Part shown: positions 27,936 through 36,905 of the stretch, piece after piece
Position numbering within the stretch: position 1 is the stretch's first letter
How the letters are laid out: each line of letters starts with the position of its first letter
From: Patescibacteria group bacterium
Lineage (GTDB): Bacteria > Patescibacteriota > Patescibacteriia > UBA10025 > JAHIVO01
Length of the DNA stretch: 64,000 nucleotides
Direction: 5' to 3'
Assembly: GCA_041650915.1 (NCBI GenBank)
Contig: JBAZKE010000001.1
Location: 315,284 to 379,283 of the forward strand
Notes under the pieces: generated by a model
What the model saw: the letters and a program-made list of their open reading frames with translations, nothing else
The model's database searches: none
What the model was told of the DNA's origin: nothing
Program-made: the position numbers and the translations under genes

Positions 27936-29114
27936 ATGTCGAAGAAAGACTGGAAGGCAGCTTTTATTGCCGCTGCCACGAGTTTCCTGGGCAAGGAAAT
28001 GGTCCAGGGCCTGGAATCAAGAGGGCTGGTGGACAAGCTGGCTGAACTCGGTTTGCTGCCCAAGCGTATTCCCGGCGGGGTGCACGGCGTCAATGCCGTT
28101 TTTGCCGCGCTGAAGGAACTCGTGGTTCAGCAAATGCCCGATAGGAACGTGCGTGCGTTTCTTGATTCCATCGCGGAAGAGATGGAGAGGCGGTACCGGC
28201 CTATCACTGCGGTATATGACCGCGTAGAACGTCGCACATTGCGCGGTGGGAGCGCGCCGCAGCAAGCTCCGGCTGCGGGCGGGGTCGGTGATGAGGGCAT
28301 GAGTGCCGCGGATATGCGCGCTTTCGATGCGCTCACATCCATGCCCCTGTCGCATTGGGACTTGGCGCGGAAGTATGTCCATGCGGCACCGGACAAGCGG
28401 GGGTTTCAACAGCGGATCAATGAAGTTACCACCTCGTTGATGGCCGACTACCACAGCGGCGCAGCCATGGGCACGTCATTGGCGTCACTGGTCAATCCCG
28501 GTTTTTCTGAGCCAGTTTCCTGGGAAGAGGGGTTTGCCTGTTTCCACATCGACGAACTGGTCGAGATGGCGATCCAGGCTCGCCTGGACTCGGTGGAATG
28601 GATGCTGCAGTATTGCACCCGAACCTACTTGCTGTCACTGTTTCATTTTCTGGAGGCTGCTGAAACGGACTCTGCGGTCAAGGCTGAGTTGCATGCCGCC
28701 ATTGGGCAGATCAAGCGGGAACCCCTGCCGCAAATGAATCGGAAAAAAATCGTGATCAAGGCCTGGCATCGCTCGGAGGTCAAGACGATTCTCCTGCGGG
28801 AATTGCAGGATTACATGAGCGGTGATTTTATCAACGTGTCGATTGAGGAGGGCCAAACCATCGTGGTGGATGCTTTGCTCAAAACGATACCGAGTGAGCA
28901 GGAGCTCCAGCAGGAAATTGGCATTACGTTCCTGCAGATACACGATCGGTTCATGAAGGAATTCGGCATGGAAACGGATCCGCGAAGCTACGAGGACCGG
29001 CTTCAGGAAGCCCGAGAGCAGTTTTCTGAGTTAGCTCCGGAAGTGGCAGCCGCTTTCCAAACGATCATTGAATTCGTTGCCACGGACGCAGGCGGGAACC
29101 ATCCTGCCTCTTGA
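27936..29114 (+). CDS. orphan helical hypothetical protein
   Basis: 392 aa; promoter TTGACG-17-TAGGAT (27861-89); GAGGAGG SD; terminator downstream. Confidence 0.75.
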   Translation: MSKKDWKAAFIAAATSFLGKEMVQGLESRGLVDKLAELGLLPKRIPGGVHGVNAVFAALKELVVQQMPDRNVRAFLDSIAEEMERRYRPITAVYDRVERRTLRGGSAPQQAPAAGGVGDEGMSAADMRAFDALTSMPLSHWDLARKYVHAAPDKRGFQQRINEVTTSLMADYHSGAAMGTSLASLVNPGFSEPVSWEEGFACFHIDELVEMAIQARLDSVEWMLQYCTRTYLLSLFHFLEAAETDSAVKAELHAAIGQIKREPLPQMNRKKIVIKAWHRSEVKTILLRELQDYMSGDFINVSIEEGQTIVVDALLKTIPSEQELQQEIGITFLQIHDRFMKEFGMETDPRSYEDRLQEAREQFSELAPEVAAAFQTIIEFVATDAGGNHPAS

Positions 29115-29132
29115 AGAGAAATCTTTGCCCGT

Positions 29133-29164
29133 GAGGTCCGCAGACGCGCCTGCGGACCTTTTTT
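29133..29164 (+). terminator. intrinsic terminator
   Basis: AGGTCCGCAG-ACGCGC-CTGCGGACCT-TTTTT. Confidence 0.8.
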
Positions 29165-29341
29165 ATACCTTACGATGTGCCGCAGTGTGTCCAAAAATGG
29201 GGGTCCCGAGAAAATAAGCATGTACATAAAAAATACAGATAACGGCAACGCGAACATGGGTTCTGGCACGCAGGCTTGATCCGAAGCCAAACTCAAAAGA
29301 ACTGTCCTTGCGGCGCAGTTCTTTTGAAATTTACAGTGATT

Positions 29342-30487
29342 TTATTTGGTTGCCGGGGGCTGCTGTGCCGGAGTGTCTGTTTTTTTCTTCTTTGCTACGA
29401 TGATGATGACCACGATCAGCACCAGGACAACTGCTGCTCCGCCGATTATCAAATACAGCGTCAGCGAGTCTTCGTCCTCATCGTCATCTGCAGTTGCATT
29501 TGTATTGCGGTTGCCATTCGCCGTCACAGCTGTATTCGCATTGCTCGCCGCGTTGGTAGTGGCGTTGGTATTCTGGTTTACTGCAGTTGCGCCGCCATTG
29601 GTATTCGCATTCGCCGTTGCAATGAGGTTCGGGTCAGTATCCCCGGTGCCGCTGTTGGTGTTCGCCGTTGAAGGAGCGGCGATCACCATTTCGTACTCTG
29701 CGGGGGTACTGCCGTTGTAATAGTACGAGCCGACTTTCAGGAATACATTCGTGCCTTCGCTCGCCTGCACCGAGCTGGTAAGGATGCTGCCTTCATTGCT
29801 GCCAGTCTGCCAGTCAACCTCCGCGCGGTTGGCGTCATACACGAGCAATTCTAATTGCGCATCGGTCGGCGGTGTCACCGTGATGGTGTACGTGCCGCTT
29901 GCAGCCGGCACCAGGACAAACATGTCCGCCGTGTCATTGCCGCCTGCGCCATCGCCCGTCACATATCCCTGTGTCGTGCCAGCGTCTACACTGACTGCAC
30001 CGTCAAATGTTGCCGGCGCATCTTTGCTTGATCCGGCATCATGCTTATCGGCGATGGTAAGGGTCAGGTCATACGAAGCGCTGCCGTCGCCATCCGAAGC
30101 CAGCATCAGGTAGTATGTGTACGACTGCTCGTCGCCGTTCACTAGCCAATCGGCCGTGAGGGTAACGGTGGAATAATTCGCATCGAATTCTTCCACGACC
30201 TGGTTCCGGTCCTGGTCGTATAGGGCAACGGTGCTGATCGTTCCCATGTCGGTAGCGGATGTGAACAGCACCTTGGCCGTCATCTGCTGGCCCTGGCCGA
30301 GCGTGACGTAGAAATACTGCGTCATGTCTTCGCTGATCGCTCCGCCGGTGTACGTGCCGGCCTGGAGCTCGACAGCTGCCTCCATACTGTTTCCGCCGGC
30401 GATAGTCGCTGCCTGGCAGTCCGCCTCCGGGAGGGCGATGGCGAGCACGCCGATCGCTGCCGCGAAGAGGAAGATTTTTTTGTTCAT
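29342..30487 (-). CDS. secreted surface protein with two PPC-like beta domains, an Asn/Thr stalk and a C-terminal TM anchor
   Basis: Signal peptide; duplicated 'A..L..G...G.....D..D.F/Y' units; NTN linker; TM followed by KKKK. Confidence 0.8.
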   Translation of the reverse strand: MNKKIFLFAAAIGVLAIALPEADCQAATIAGGNSMEAAVELQAGTYTGGAISEDMTQYFYVTLGQGQQMTAKVLFTSATDMGTISTVALYDQDRNQVVEEFDANYSTVTLTADWLVNGDEQSYTYYLMLASDGDGSASYDLTLTIADKHDAGSSKDAPATFDGAVSVDAGTTQGYVTGDGAGGNDTADMFVLVPAASGTYTITVTPPTDAQLELLVYDANRAEVDWQTGSNEGSILTSSVQASEGTNVFLKVGSYYYNGSTPAEYEMVIAAPSTANTNSGTGDTDPNLIATANANTNGGATAVNQNTNATTNAASNANTAVTANGNRNTNATADDDEDEDSLTLYLIIGGAAVVLVLIVVIIIVAKKKKTDTPAQQPPATK

Positions 30488-30656
30488 AATCCCTTTCGTT
30501 ATTAGTGCTTATTAATGGGTCCATATTCATTATAAGAGCTTTATCCACAGAAATCAATTATTAGAAATCCAAAAATTAAGTTGTTTTCATATCGTTGCCG
30601 ACTGCCGGTATCGGGTGTAACATAACCGTATAAATGGCATTCTGATCGTCGAACGT

Positions 30657-31049
30657 ATGGAAACAGAACATCCACACGCGCTTCCGGAGCATATCCAGAA
30701 GATGGCGAATACGATGCAAGAGCAAGCGAACGAGCGGATTGACGGCATCATTGAGCGGCACGGCCGGAGCAGCGAACGGTACGTGGACGCAGTCAGGGCG
30801 CTCGAGCGTGCATCCGCAGGCGACAGTGAGGTGCTGACCCGGCTGCAGATCGCGCTGGACGCAGAGGCGAGCGGCGATAGGTACCAGGATGAACAGCGCA
30901 TCGGCGATGCGGCACGCTTTATCGCCGACAGGTTCGGCAATCCGTACGATGGCGGAAAAACGGTTTCACGGGAGGAGCTTTCGGAGCTGTGCGCACAGGC
31001 GTTCGACGTGCTCGTCAAAGAAGAGTACGGATACTTTGAAAACCGGTAG
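30657..31049 (+). CDS. hypothetical protein
   Basis: 130-aa acidic helical ORF with host-like codon usage. Confidence 0.65.
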   Translation: METEHPHALPEHIQKMANTMQEQANERIDGIIERHGRSSERYVDAVRALERASAGDSEVLTRLQIALDAEASGDRYQDEQRIGDAARFIADRFGNPYDGGKTVSREELSELCAQAFDVLVKEEYGYFENR

Positions 31050-31176
31050 CACGGCAGCGATCGTGGCTTGAATTTTTTTTATTCGTTTGCTACATTAAAA
31101 ATGCCTGGTGAGTGTTAACTAGGCTTTTTGTTGTTTAACCATTTGGCCGGCGTTGGAGGGTAAGTATTACTCATGA

Positions 31177-31361
31177 AACGCTCATTGTGTCTGGTGGTCG
31201 TCTGCTGACAAATCACGAAACTAGCAACTCGCCCGGTGTGGAGGCGCGCCACCTGCGGTAGAGTACAGTGACGTAGCTCGCAGGAGCACCACCGTTCAAA
31301 GCAATCCTGCACAGCGCATGGGCGTCCCAACAGTATCTTCGTTTCCGGGACGCCTTTTTTT
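31177..31361 (+). ncRNA. candidate structured RNA or attenuator (family not recognised)
   Basis: No credible ORF. Nested stems CGCTCAT/ATGGGCG, TGTGT/GCACA, GGTGGT/ACCACC and CCTGCG/CGCAGG; ends in terminator GGCGTCCC...GGGACGCC-T7. Confidence 0.45.
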
Positions 31362-31423
31362 ATCAGCGAGAGGTCCGGTGTCGGCACCTTGTTTTAGAAT
31401 GCGATATTGCGTACAATTGAGGC

Positions 31424-31990
31424 ATGAAAAAATTAAATCTTAAGGACCTCCAGTCCGACAATCCGCACGTCAAGTACTGCTGCGCCAAGCAGGCGATTGC
31501 GCTGTCTGCGGAAAATCCAGCCGCGCTGCACCGGAAGCTCGGGGTGTTCGTTCCGTTCCTCGATGGCGGGAATAACGTGCTCCGCTGGACTGCGCTTATC
31601 GTGATCGGCAACCTCGCTTCTGTGGACAGCACAGGCGCCATCATCAAGCTCGTACCGCGCCTTATCGCATTCATTAAAGACGCTTCCCTCATAACGGCTG
31701 GCAACGCGGTCAAGGCGCTCGGCAAGATCGCGCGGCACAAGCCGCGGCTGCGCAAGAAGATACTAAGGGCTCTTGTGGGCGTTGAGAAGGTGACGTACTA
31801 CAATAAGGGCAAGCCGTCCCCTGAGTGTGGGAACATCATGGTCGGCAACGTGCTCGACGTGCTCGGCGGATTTGCCGGCGAGCTCCGCGGCAGCGCAGCC
31901 GTAACCGCGTTTGCCCGGCGGCATACGCACAACAAGCGCCCGGCTGTTAAGCAGCGCGCCGCTGAGCTGCTTTCCCGAATTAACAAGTAA
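31424..31990 (+). CDS. HEAT/ARM-repeat protein
   Basis: Repeated L.D.N..(VK/LR)..A...LG.LA helical units. Confidence 0.75.
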   Translation: MKKLNLKDLQSDNPHVKYCCAKQAIALSAENPAALHRKLGVFVPFLDGGNNVLRWTALIVIGNLASVDSTGAIIKLVPRLIAFIKDASLITAGNAVKALGKIARHKPRLRKKILRALVGVEKVTYYNKGKPSPECGNIMVGNVLDVLGGFAGELRGSAAVTAFARRHTHNKRPAVKQRAAELLSRINK

Positions 31991-32001
31991 GGTTAAAAAA
32001 T

Positions 32002-32421
32002 ATGTCATGGATTATTTTCGCGCTGCTCGCCGCGGTATTTGCCGCGCTCGTCGCGATTTTCGGCAAGATCGGCATTGCCGGCATCGACACGACGCTCGCG
32101 ACGGCCGTCCGCTCGGTCATCATGGCGGGTTTTTTGGTGATTACCGCGCTCGTGCTTGGGAAGGCAACACTGCTCCCGACTATCAACGGCAGGGCACTGC
32201 TGTACATCGCGCTGTCCGGCATTGCCGGCGCGCTATCGTGGCTTTTTTACTTTTTCGCGCTCAAGAACGGCCCGGCATCCGGCGTCGCGGCGCTCGATCG
32301 GACGAGCGTTGTGTTTGTGCTCCTGCTCGCGATCCTGTTTCTCGGCGAGCGCCTCACCTGGAAGACCGGCATTGGCGCCAGCTTTGTCGGCATCGGTGCG
32401 ATACTCATGGCGATGAAGTAG
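32002..32421 (+). CDS. EamA/DMT family small transporter
   Basis: WIIFALLAA.FAALVAIFGKIG...YFFALKNGPAS.VA.LDRTSVV..LFLGE. Confidence 0.92.
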   Translation: MSWIIFALLAAVFAALVAIFGKIGIAGIDTTLATAVRSVIMAGFLVITALVLGKATLLPTINGRALLYIALSGIAGALSWLFYFFALKNGPASGVAALDRTSVVFVLLLAILFLGERLTWKTGIGASFVGIGAILMAMK

Positions 32422-32425
32422 CAGC

Positions 32426-32887
32426 ATGGGCACGCGGATGCAACCAAGCCTCATCGCACCGTGCGGCATGAACTGCGCCATTTGCGCGGCATTTTTGCGC
32501 GAAAAGAACAAGTGCCCGGGGTGCCTTTTTAAAAATAAGAACAAGCCCGCAAGCTGCGTGTACTGCGTGATAAAAAAATGCCCAAAGCGCCTGCGCAATG
32601 GCTGGGCATATTGTTTTGAATGTGATACGTGCCCATGCGACCGTTTGGAGCATTTGGATAAGCGGTATCGCACTCATTACCACATGAGCATGCTTGATAA
32701 TTTAAAGTTCATCAAGCAAAAAGGCATGAAAGCGTTCCTTGCTCGGGAGCGCAAGAAATGGACGTGCACAAAGTGCGGGGGAACCATCTGCTGCCATAAT
32801 GGCCTGTGCTATTCCTGCCAGCTAAAAGAATTGAAAGCAAAAAAACGCAAGTACCGTTGGGAGGAATACATTAGAATAGCTAAATAA
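32426..32887 (+). CDS. DUF3795-like Cys-rich metal-binding protein
   Basis: IAPCG.NC..C...CPGC...C.IK.C...YCFEC...PC...W.C..CG...CHN..C..C. Confidence 0.85.
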   Translation: MGTRMQPSLIAPCGMNCAICAAFLREKNKCPGCLFKNKNKPASCVYCVIKKCPKRLRNGWAYCFECDTCPCDRLEHLDKRYRTHYHMSMLDNLKFIKQKGMKAFLARERKKWTCTKCGGTICCHNGLCYSCQLKELKAKKRKYRWEEYIRIAK

Positions 32888-32997
32888 AAAGCGGCAAGCT
32901 TCCAAGCATTCTGCTGTAATGGCAGCGTAGTAAAAAAAAGAGCGCAGCCCAACGTTGCGTTGGCGGGCTGCGCTATCAGCTTCGGACGGCGTGCCGG

Positions 32998-33426
32998 TTA
33001 GAGTGCGGCGGGAATTAATTTCGGATCAACGAACGTGCGGCGTCGCCCGTCTGAGAAGCGGGGCCTGCGCCAGAATAGGGGCTCGATTTTCCGTGCATGA
33101 TCCGCTTCGTGCTCTTCGACGTACACATACAGCGCACGCGAATCGGGCAGCGGCTTTTTCGATTTGATACACAAGCCGAATTCGCTTCCCGGAACCGCTA
33201 CGTTGGTGCGGTGCTTGTTCCACTCGAGTGAGCGGACCGCGAATACGTTCGCTTGACTTGGCGACGGATGGCTGCCCGGGTTCTGCTCGAAGATGTAGAC
33301 AGTCGCGTTATTACTGAATCCGTTCACCGCAGCGACAAGGTTGAGATACCTGAGCGTCTTAAAGCGTGACGGAAAGGTACCCGTTACCATGCCCACTGGA
33401 ACGAGTTTCCCAGTTACCTTGGCCAT
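32998..33426 (-). CDS. hypothetical protein, possible stand-alone translation-factor/U32 C-terminal beta-barrel
   Basis: VG.VT..F N-terminus and VRSLEWNKHRTNVAVPGSEFGL resemble the EF-Tu domain II-like barrel; GAGG SD; terminator hairpin at 32934-32974. Confidence 0.55.
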   Translation of the reverse strand: MAKVTGKLVPVGMVTGTFPSRFKTLRYLNLVAAVNGFSNNATVYIFEQNPGSHPSPSQANVFAVRSLEWNKHRTNVAVPGSEFGLCIKSKKPLPDSRALYVYVEEHEADHARKIEPLFWRRPRFSDGRRRTFVDPKLIPAAL

Positions 33427-33678
33427 GTATTGCCTCTCTTTCTGTGAAAAAGGTTTTTTGTACGAACGAGCTTTTTTATTCTTGATATTGTTGTATCGTA
33501 GTACGTAGAGCTGCAGCAGTCAAGGCGCGAGAGCACGATCGCACTCCCGCCATGGTTTTTACACATGGCATCGAGCTGCTGGCTTTGATTATTATTTGCA
33601 CGATTTGACCCGCTGCCTAATGGCTGTACAATGATAAGTGCTATGCAGGCAGGAATGAAGATACATCACGCTGAAAAT

Positions 33679-34056
33679 ATGAAAACGAGCGCACCGGCAC
33701 TGAGGCTGTTTTTTTTCTGGTCGGGCATCATCGCGACGTTCGCGTACCGGGTCATCATCGTGCTGAATTTCTACAGCCCCGTCTGGGTACAAGCCGCGTG
33801 GTATGTCGGAACAATCGGATTCATCGTTTACTTCGCGCACCGGTACCTCGTTACGGAGCGCCGTGCGAAAATGATCGAGGAGCACGGGCTCCTGCGCAAA
33901 GTCGAGTCGCTGCCGATAGATAGCCACGACCGCGAGGTGATGCGGTACGTATTTGAGTCGCTCTCGACATCGAAGGAAAAGTGGAACTACATCGTTATCT
34001 TCGGGTTATCGGGGATCGCGCTCATCATCGGGCTGATTATGGATTTCATCGTTTAG
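33679..34056 (+). CDS. 3-TM membrane hypothetical protein
   Basis: FFWSGIIATFAYR...WYVGTIGFIVYFAHRY...SKEKWNY. Confidence 0.75.
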   Translation: MKTSAPALRLFFFWSGIIATFAYRVIIVLNFYSPVWVQAAWYVGTIGFIVYFAHRYLVTERRAKMIEEHGLLRKVESLPIDSHDREVMRYVFESLSTSKEKWNYIVIFGLSGIALIIGLIMDFIV

Positions 34057-34088
34057 CTGGTTTGGTGTAAGCGGCTTGCCGCAGGCGT

Positions 34089-34457
34089 ATGCCAGATGCG
34101 TATACCACATTAACGGAAGAGGAAGAACGCGTTATCATCCGCAAGGGGACTGAGGCGCCGTTTTCTGGTGAATACGAAAAGTACGCTGGGCAGGGCGTGT
34201 ACGCGTGCAAACGGTGCGGTGCGGAGCTATACCGCTCGGATGATAAGTTCGACGCGCGCTGCGGGTGGCCGAGCTTCGATGATGCGATTCCCGGCGCGGT
34301 ACAGCAGGTACCCGATGCCGACGGGATGCGGACGGAGATCGTATGCAGGAACTGCGGCGGGCACCTCGGGCACGTGTTCGAGGGCGAGGGTTTCACCCCC
34401 AAGAATACGCGGCACTGCGTGAACTCGATTTCCCTGAAATTTAAGAAGAAGGAATAG
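34089..34457 (+). CDS. msrB: peptide methionine (R)-sulfoxide reductase
   Basis: [34 protein letters not shown]. Confidence 0.97.
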   Translation: MPDAYTTLTEEEERVIIRKGTEAPFSGEYEKYAGQGVYACKRCGAELYRSDDKFDARCGWPSFDDAIPGAVQQVPDADGMRTEIVCRNCGGHLGHVFEGEGFTPKNTRHCVNSISLKFKKKE

Positions 34458-34523
34458 GCTCTACTTTTTGTGACCCCACGTTTTTTTGTAAACATCCTGG
34501 TCGGAGATTAACGATTCCATACT

Positions 34524-35021
34524 ATGAGTGAGAATACACAAACAGCGTACTTCGCGGGCGGATGCTTCTGGGGCGTGGAATACTATTTCCAGAAAGAACC
34601 GGGAGTGCTGAGTACTCGCGTTGGGTATATGGGAGGCAGTGCAGAACATCCGTCATATGAGCAGGTCTGCAGTTCAGCTACCGGCCATGCCGAAACAATC
34701 GAGGTCATCTTTGATCCTGCGAAGACGGATTTTGCATCGCTCGCGAAGCTCTTTTTTGAGATTCACGACCCGGGCCAGCGGAACCGGCAGGGACCTGATA
34801 TCGGCAGCCAGTACCGTTCTGCCATATTTTATGCGACCGCAGAGCAAAAGAAGATATCAGAGCATTTGATCGAAATTTTGAAGGACAAAGGGTTTCCCGT
34901 AGTCACTGAAATAGTACCGGCAGATACGTTTTGGCCCGCGGAAGAGTATCACCAGGCGTACTACCAGAAGAACGGCCAACTGCCATACTGCCACCGGCGC
35001 ATTAAAAAGTTTTTAAACTAA
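34524..35021 (+). CDS. msrA: peptide methionine (S)-sulfoxide reductase
   Basis: GGCFWG, GHAE, QGPDIGSQYRS, AEEYHQ.Y. Confidence 0.97.
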   Translation: MSENTQTAYFAGGCFWGVEYYFQKEPGVLSTRVGYMGGSAEHPSYEQVCSSATGHAETIEVIFDPAKTDFASLAKLFFEIHDPGQRNRQGPDIGSQYRSAIFYATAEQKKISEHLIEILKDKGFPVVTEIVPADTFWPAEEYHQAYYQKNGQLPYCHRRIKKFLN

Positions 35022-35031
35022 GAGGACGCCT

Positions 35032-36357
35032 ATGAATAAGCAAATAACCGTAGCAGCGACAATCATTATAGCAATAGCCGTTTTGGGAGGCGCGTTCGCA
35101 TACTATTTTCTGAAGGATAATACGTCTGTGCTGAGCGGGCCGCTTACCAACGATCAGCTTGATGAAAATAACCTCAACAATACCAATGCCGCCACGAATA
35201 CGGCAACCAATGCCGCCCGGGATTCCGGCAGCGAGGGCAGCCCGGCTGACCTCGTAACGCTCGTACCGTTGGAGCTGACAGTGCCTGAGCAGTATGCGAC
35301 TGGAGTTTTTGCGCAGAATCGGATGCTCAACGCGCCCGCAGGCTTCACAGTGTCCGTATTTGCGGCAGGCTTGCAGGAGCCTCGCTTTATGGCGTTCGAT
35401 AATGAGGGCAACCTGATCGTAGCGGATAAAGGCGCGGGTGCACTGTATGTATTGCCTGACGAAAACGGCGACGGTGCGGCGGATGGGAAAATTCAGATCG
35501 ACAGCGGCCTCCGGGTAATGCACAGCGTATTTTATTACAAAGGCAACCTGTACGCGGCTGAGGAGCACCAGGTGAGCGTATACCGTAGCTTCCGGCCCGA
35601 TGGAACGTATACTACCAAGGAAATCGTCGTTCCCGGGTTGCCGTCGGATGGCGGACATTCGACCCGAACGGTGGTCGTCGGTCCCGACGAAAAAATGTAC
35701 GTATCGATCGGCTCGTCGTGCAACCTGTGCGAGGAAACTGACGGGCGCCGTGCGGCGATCATGCGGTATGACCTCGACGGCAGCAATGGCGAGGTCTTTG
35801 CATCCGGTTTGCGCAATTCGGTGGGCATCGAGTTTTACGACGGAGACCTGTGGGCGGTCGACAACGGCAGGGACAGGATCGGAGACGACATCCCTCCCGA
35901 AGAGGTTAACGTTATCGCCAAGGGCGGGCACTACGGCTGGCCGTACTGCTACGGCGACCGTATTGTGAATCCCGAGTATGCGGGAGCGCGTGAAGCGTTT
36001 TGTACCGATGAAACCGTGCCGCCGGCGTACAGCATGCAGGCGCACTCGGCACCGCTCGGCATGGAGTTCATGGCTTCCGAGGCAGAAAACAGCGGGAATT
36101 TTCCGCACAACCTTGCCGGTAACCTGTTTATCGGCTTCCATGGCTCGTGGAACCGGACCGTACCGACCGGGTACAAGGTCGTGCGCATTGATACGAATTC
36201 AGCCGGCAGCGGGACGATCAATTTTGTGACCGGCTGGCTGCAGGAAGACGGCAATGCGTGGGGCAGGCCGGTCGACGTCGAGTTCAGCCCGGACGGCACG
36301 CTGTACATTTCGGACGACGAAGCTGGTGCCATTTACCGCGTTGTATACAAAAGCTAG
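35032..36357 (+). CDS. PQQ-dependent sugar/sorbosone dehydrogenase family beta-propeller, membrane-anchored
   Basis: SIGSSCNLC, GLRNSVG, YGWPYC, AHSAPLG, HGSWNR, GRPVDV. Confidence 0.9.
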   Translation: MNKQITVAATIIIAIAVLGGAFAYYFLKDNTSVLSGPLTNDQLDENNLNNTNAATNTATNAARDSGSEGSPADLVTLVPLELTVPEQYATGVFAQNRMLNAPAGFTVSVFAAGLQEPRFMAFDNEGNLIVADKGAGALYVLPDENGDGAADGKIQIDSGLRVMHSVFYYKGNLYAAEEHQVSVYRSFRPDGTYTTKEIVVPGLPSDGGHSTRTVVVGPDEKMYVSIGSSCNLCEETDGRRAAIMRYDLDGSNGEVFASGLRNSVGIEFYDGDLWAVDNGRDRIGDDIPPEEVNVIAKGGHYGWPYCYGDRIVNPEYAGAREAFCTDETVPPAYSMQAHSAPLGMEFMASEAENSGNFPHNLAGNLFIGFHGSWNRTVPTGYKVVRIDTNSAGSGTINFVTGWLQEDGNAWGRPVDVEFSPDGTLYISDDEAGAIYRVVYKS

Positions 36358-36438
36358 ACTTCCGTCGTGTTTGTAAAAAAAATCCCCAGTCCAGAGCCTA
36401 GCGGCGCTGAACCAGGGATTGATCGAGGAGGGAGGTAC

Positions 36439-36768
36439 CTATAAGCAGGTATTGCAAACGGTTTTGGTTTTCTTCAGCAATCCTTGCCGATGAAAATCTT
36501 TCACGTTTTTCTTGCAGTACAGCCATGCGCCGGCCAGCATGATGACCAGTACCGAAATGAACAGAGCGAGTGCTCCGTTCATCAATGGGTGGATTATCTG
36601 CTGGTTTAGGCAGTGATCGTACGCGTCTGAGGGGATTTGCAATCCACCGCATGACGGGGCGAGCGTGCCTCCGGTGAGAAAGTAAACCGCAATGAGCGGA
36701 ATCAATGCGATCAGGTATACTTTCCCGATCGCAAACACATTGAATTCCGTAGTGGGGTTGTTTTTCAT
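36439..36768 (-). CDS. 2-TM hypothetical membrane protein
   Basis: GGAGG SD; two hydrophobic segments flanking a Cys-Cys loop. Confidence 0.6.
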   Translation of the reverse strand: MKNNPTTEFNVFAIGKVYLIALIPLIAVYFLTGGTLAPSCGGLQIPSDAYDHCLNQQIIHPLMNGALALFISVLVIMLAGAWLYCKKNVKDFHRQGLLKKTKTVCNTCL

Positions 36769-36905
36769 TTTTAGACCTCCGTGTCCAGTTTATGTTTACG
36801 AATCAATGTACAAATCTACGAGCAACTACGCATTCTACAGTATGGGCGGTATTTTGTCAAGGCCTGGAGTGCGAAGAGCAGCTGCTTTGTGGTACAATAC
36901 GGAGT

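Noticed and set aside
31205-31225. CTGACAA...GAAAC hammerhead-like core
   Set aside because: The CUGANGA box is mismatched and stems I and III cannot be formed.
31240-31270. GGAGGCGCGCC...GAGTA resembles the 5' part of a lysine riboswitch
   Set aside because: The downstream GAAAGG/GCCGAA elements and the required length are missing, and no lysine gene follows.
31172-31270. MKRSLCLVVVC-TGA-... as a selenoprotein or TGA read-through ORF
   Set aside because: There is a second in-frame TGA, no recognisable protein, and TGA is a normal stop elsewhere (for example gyrB).
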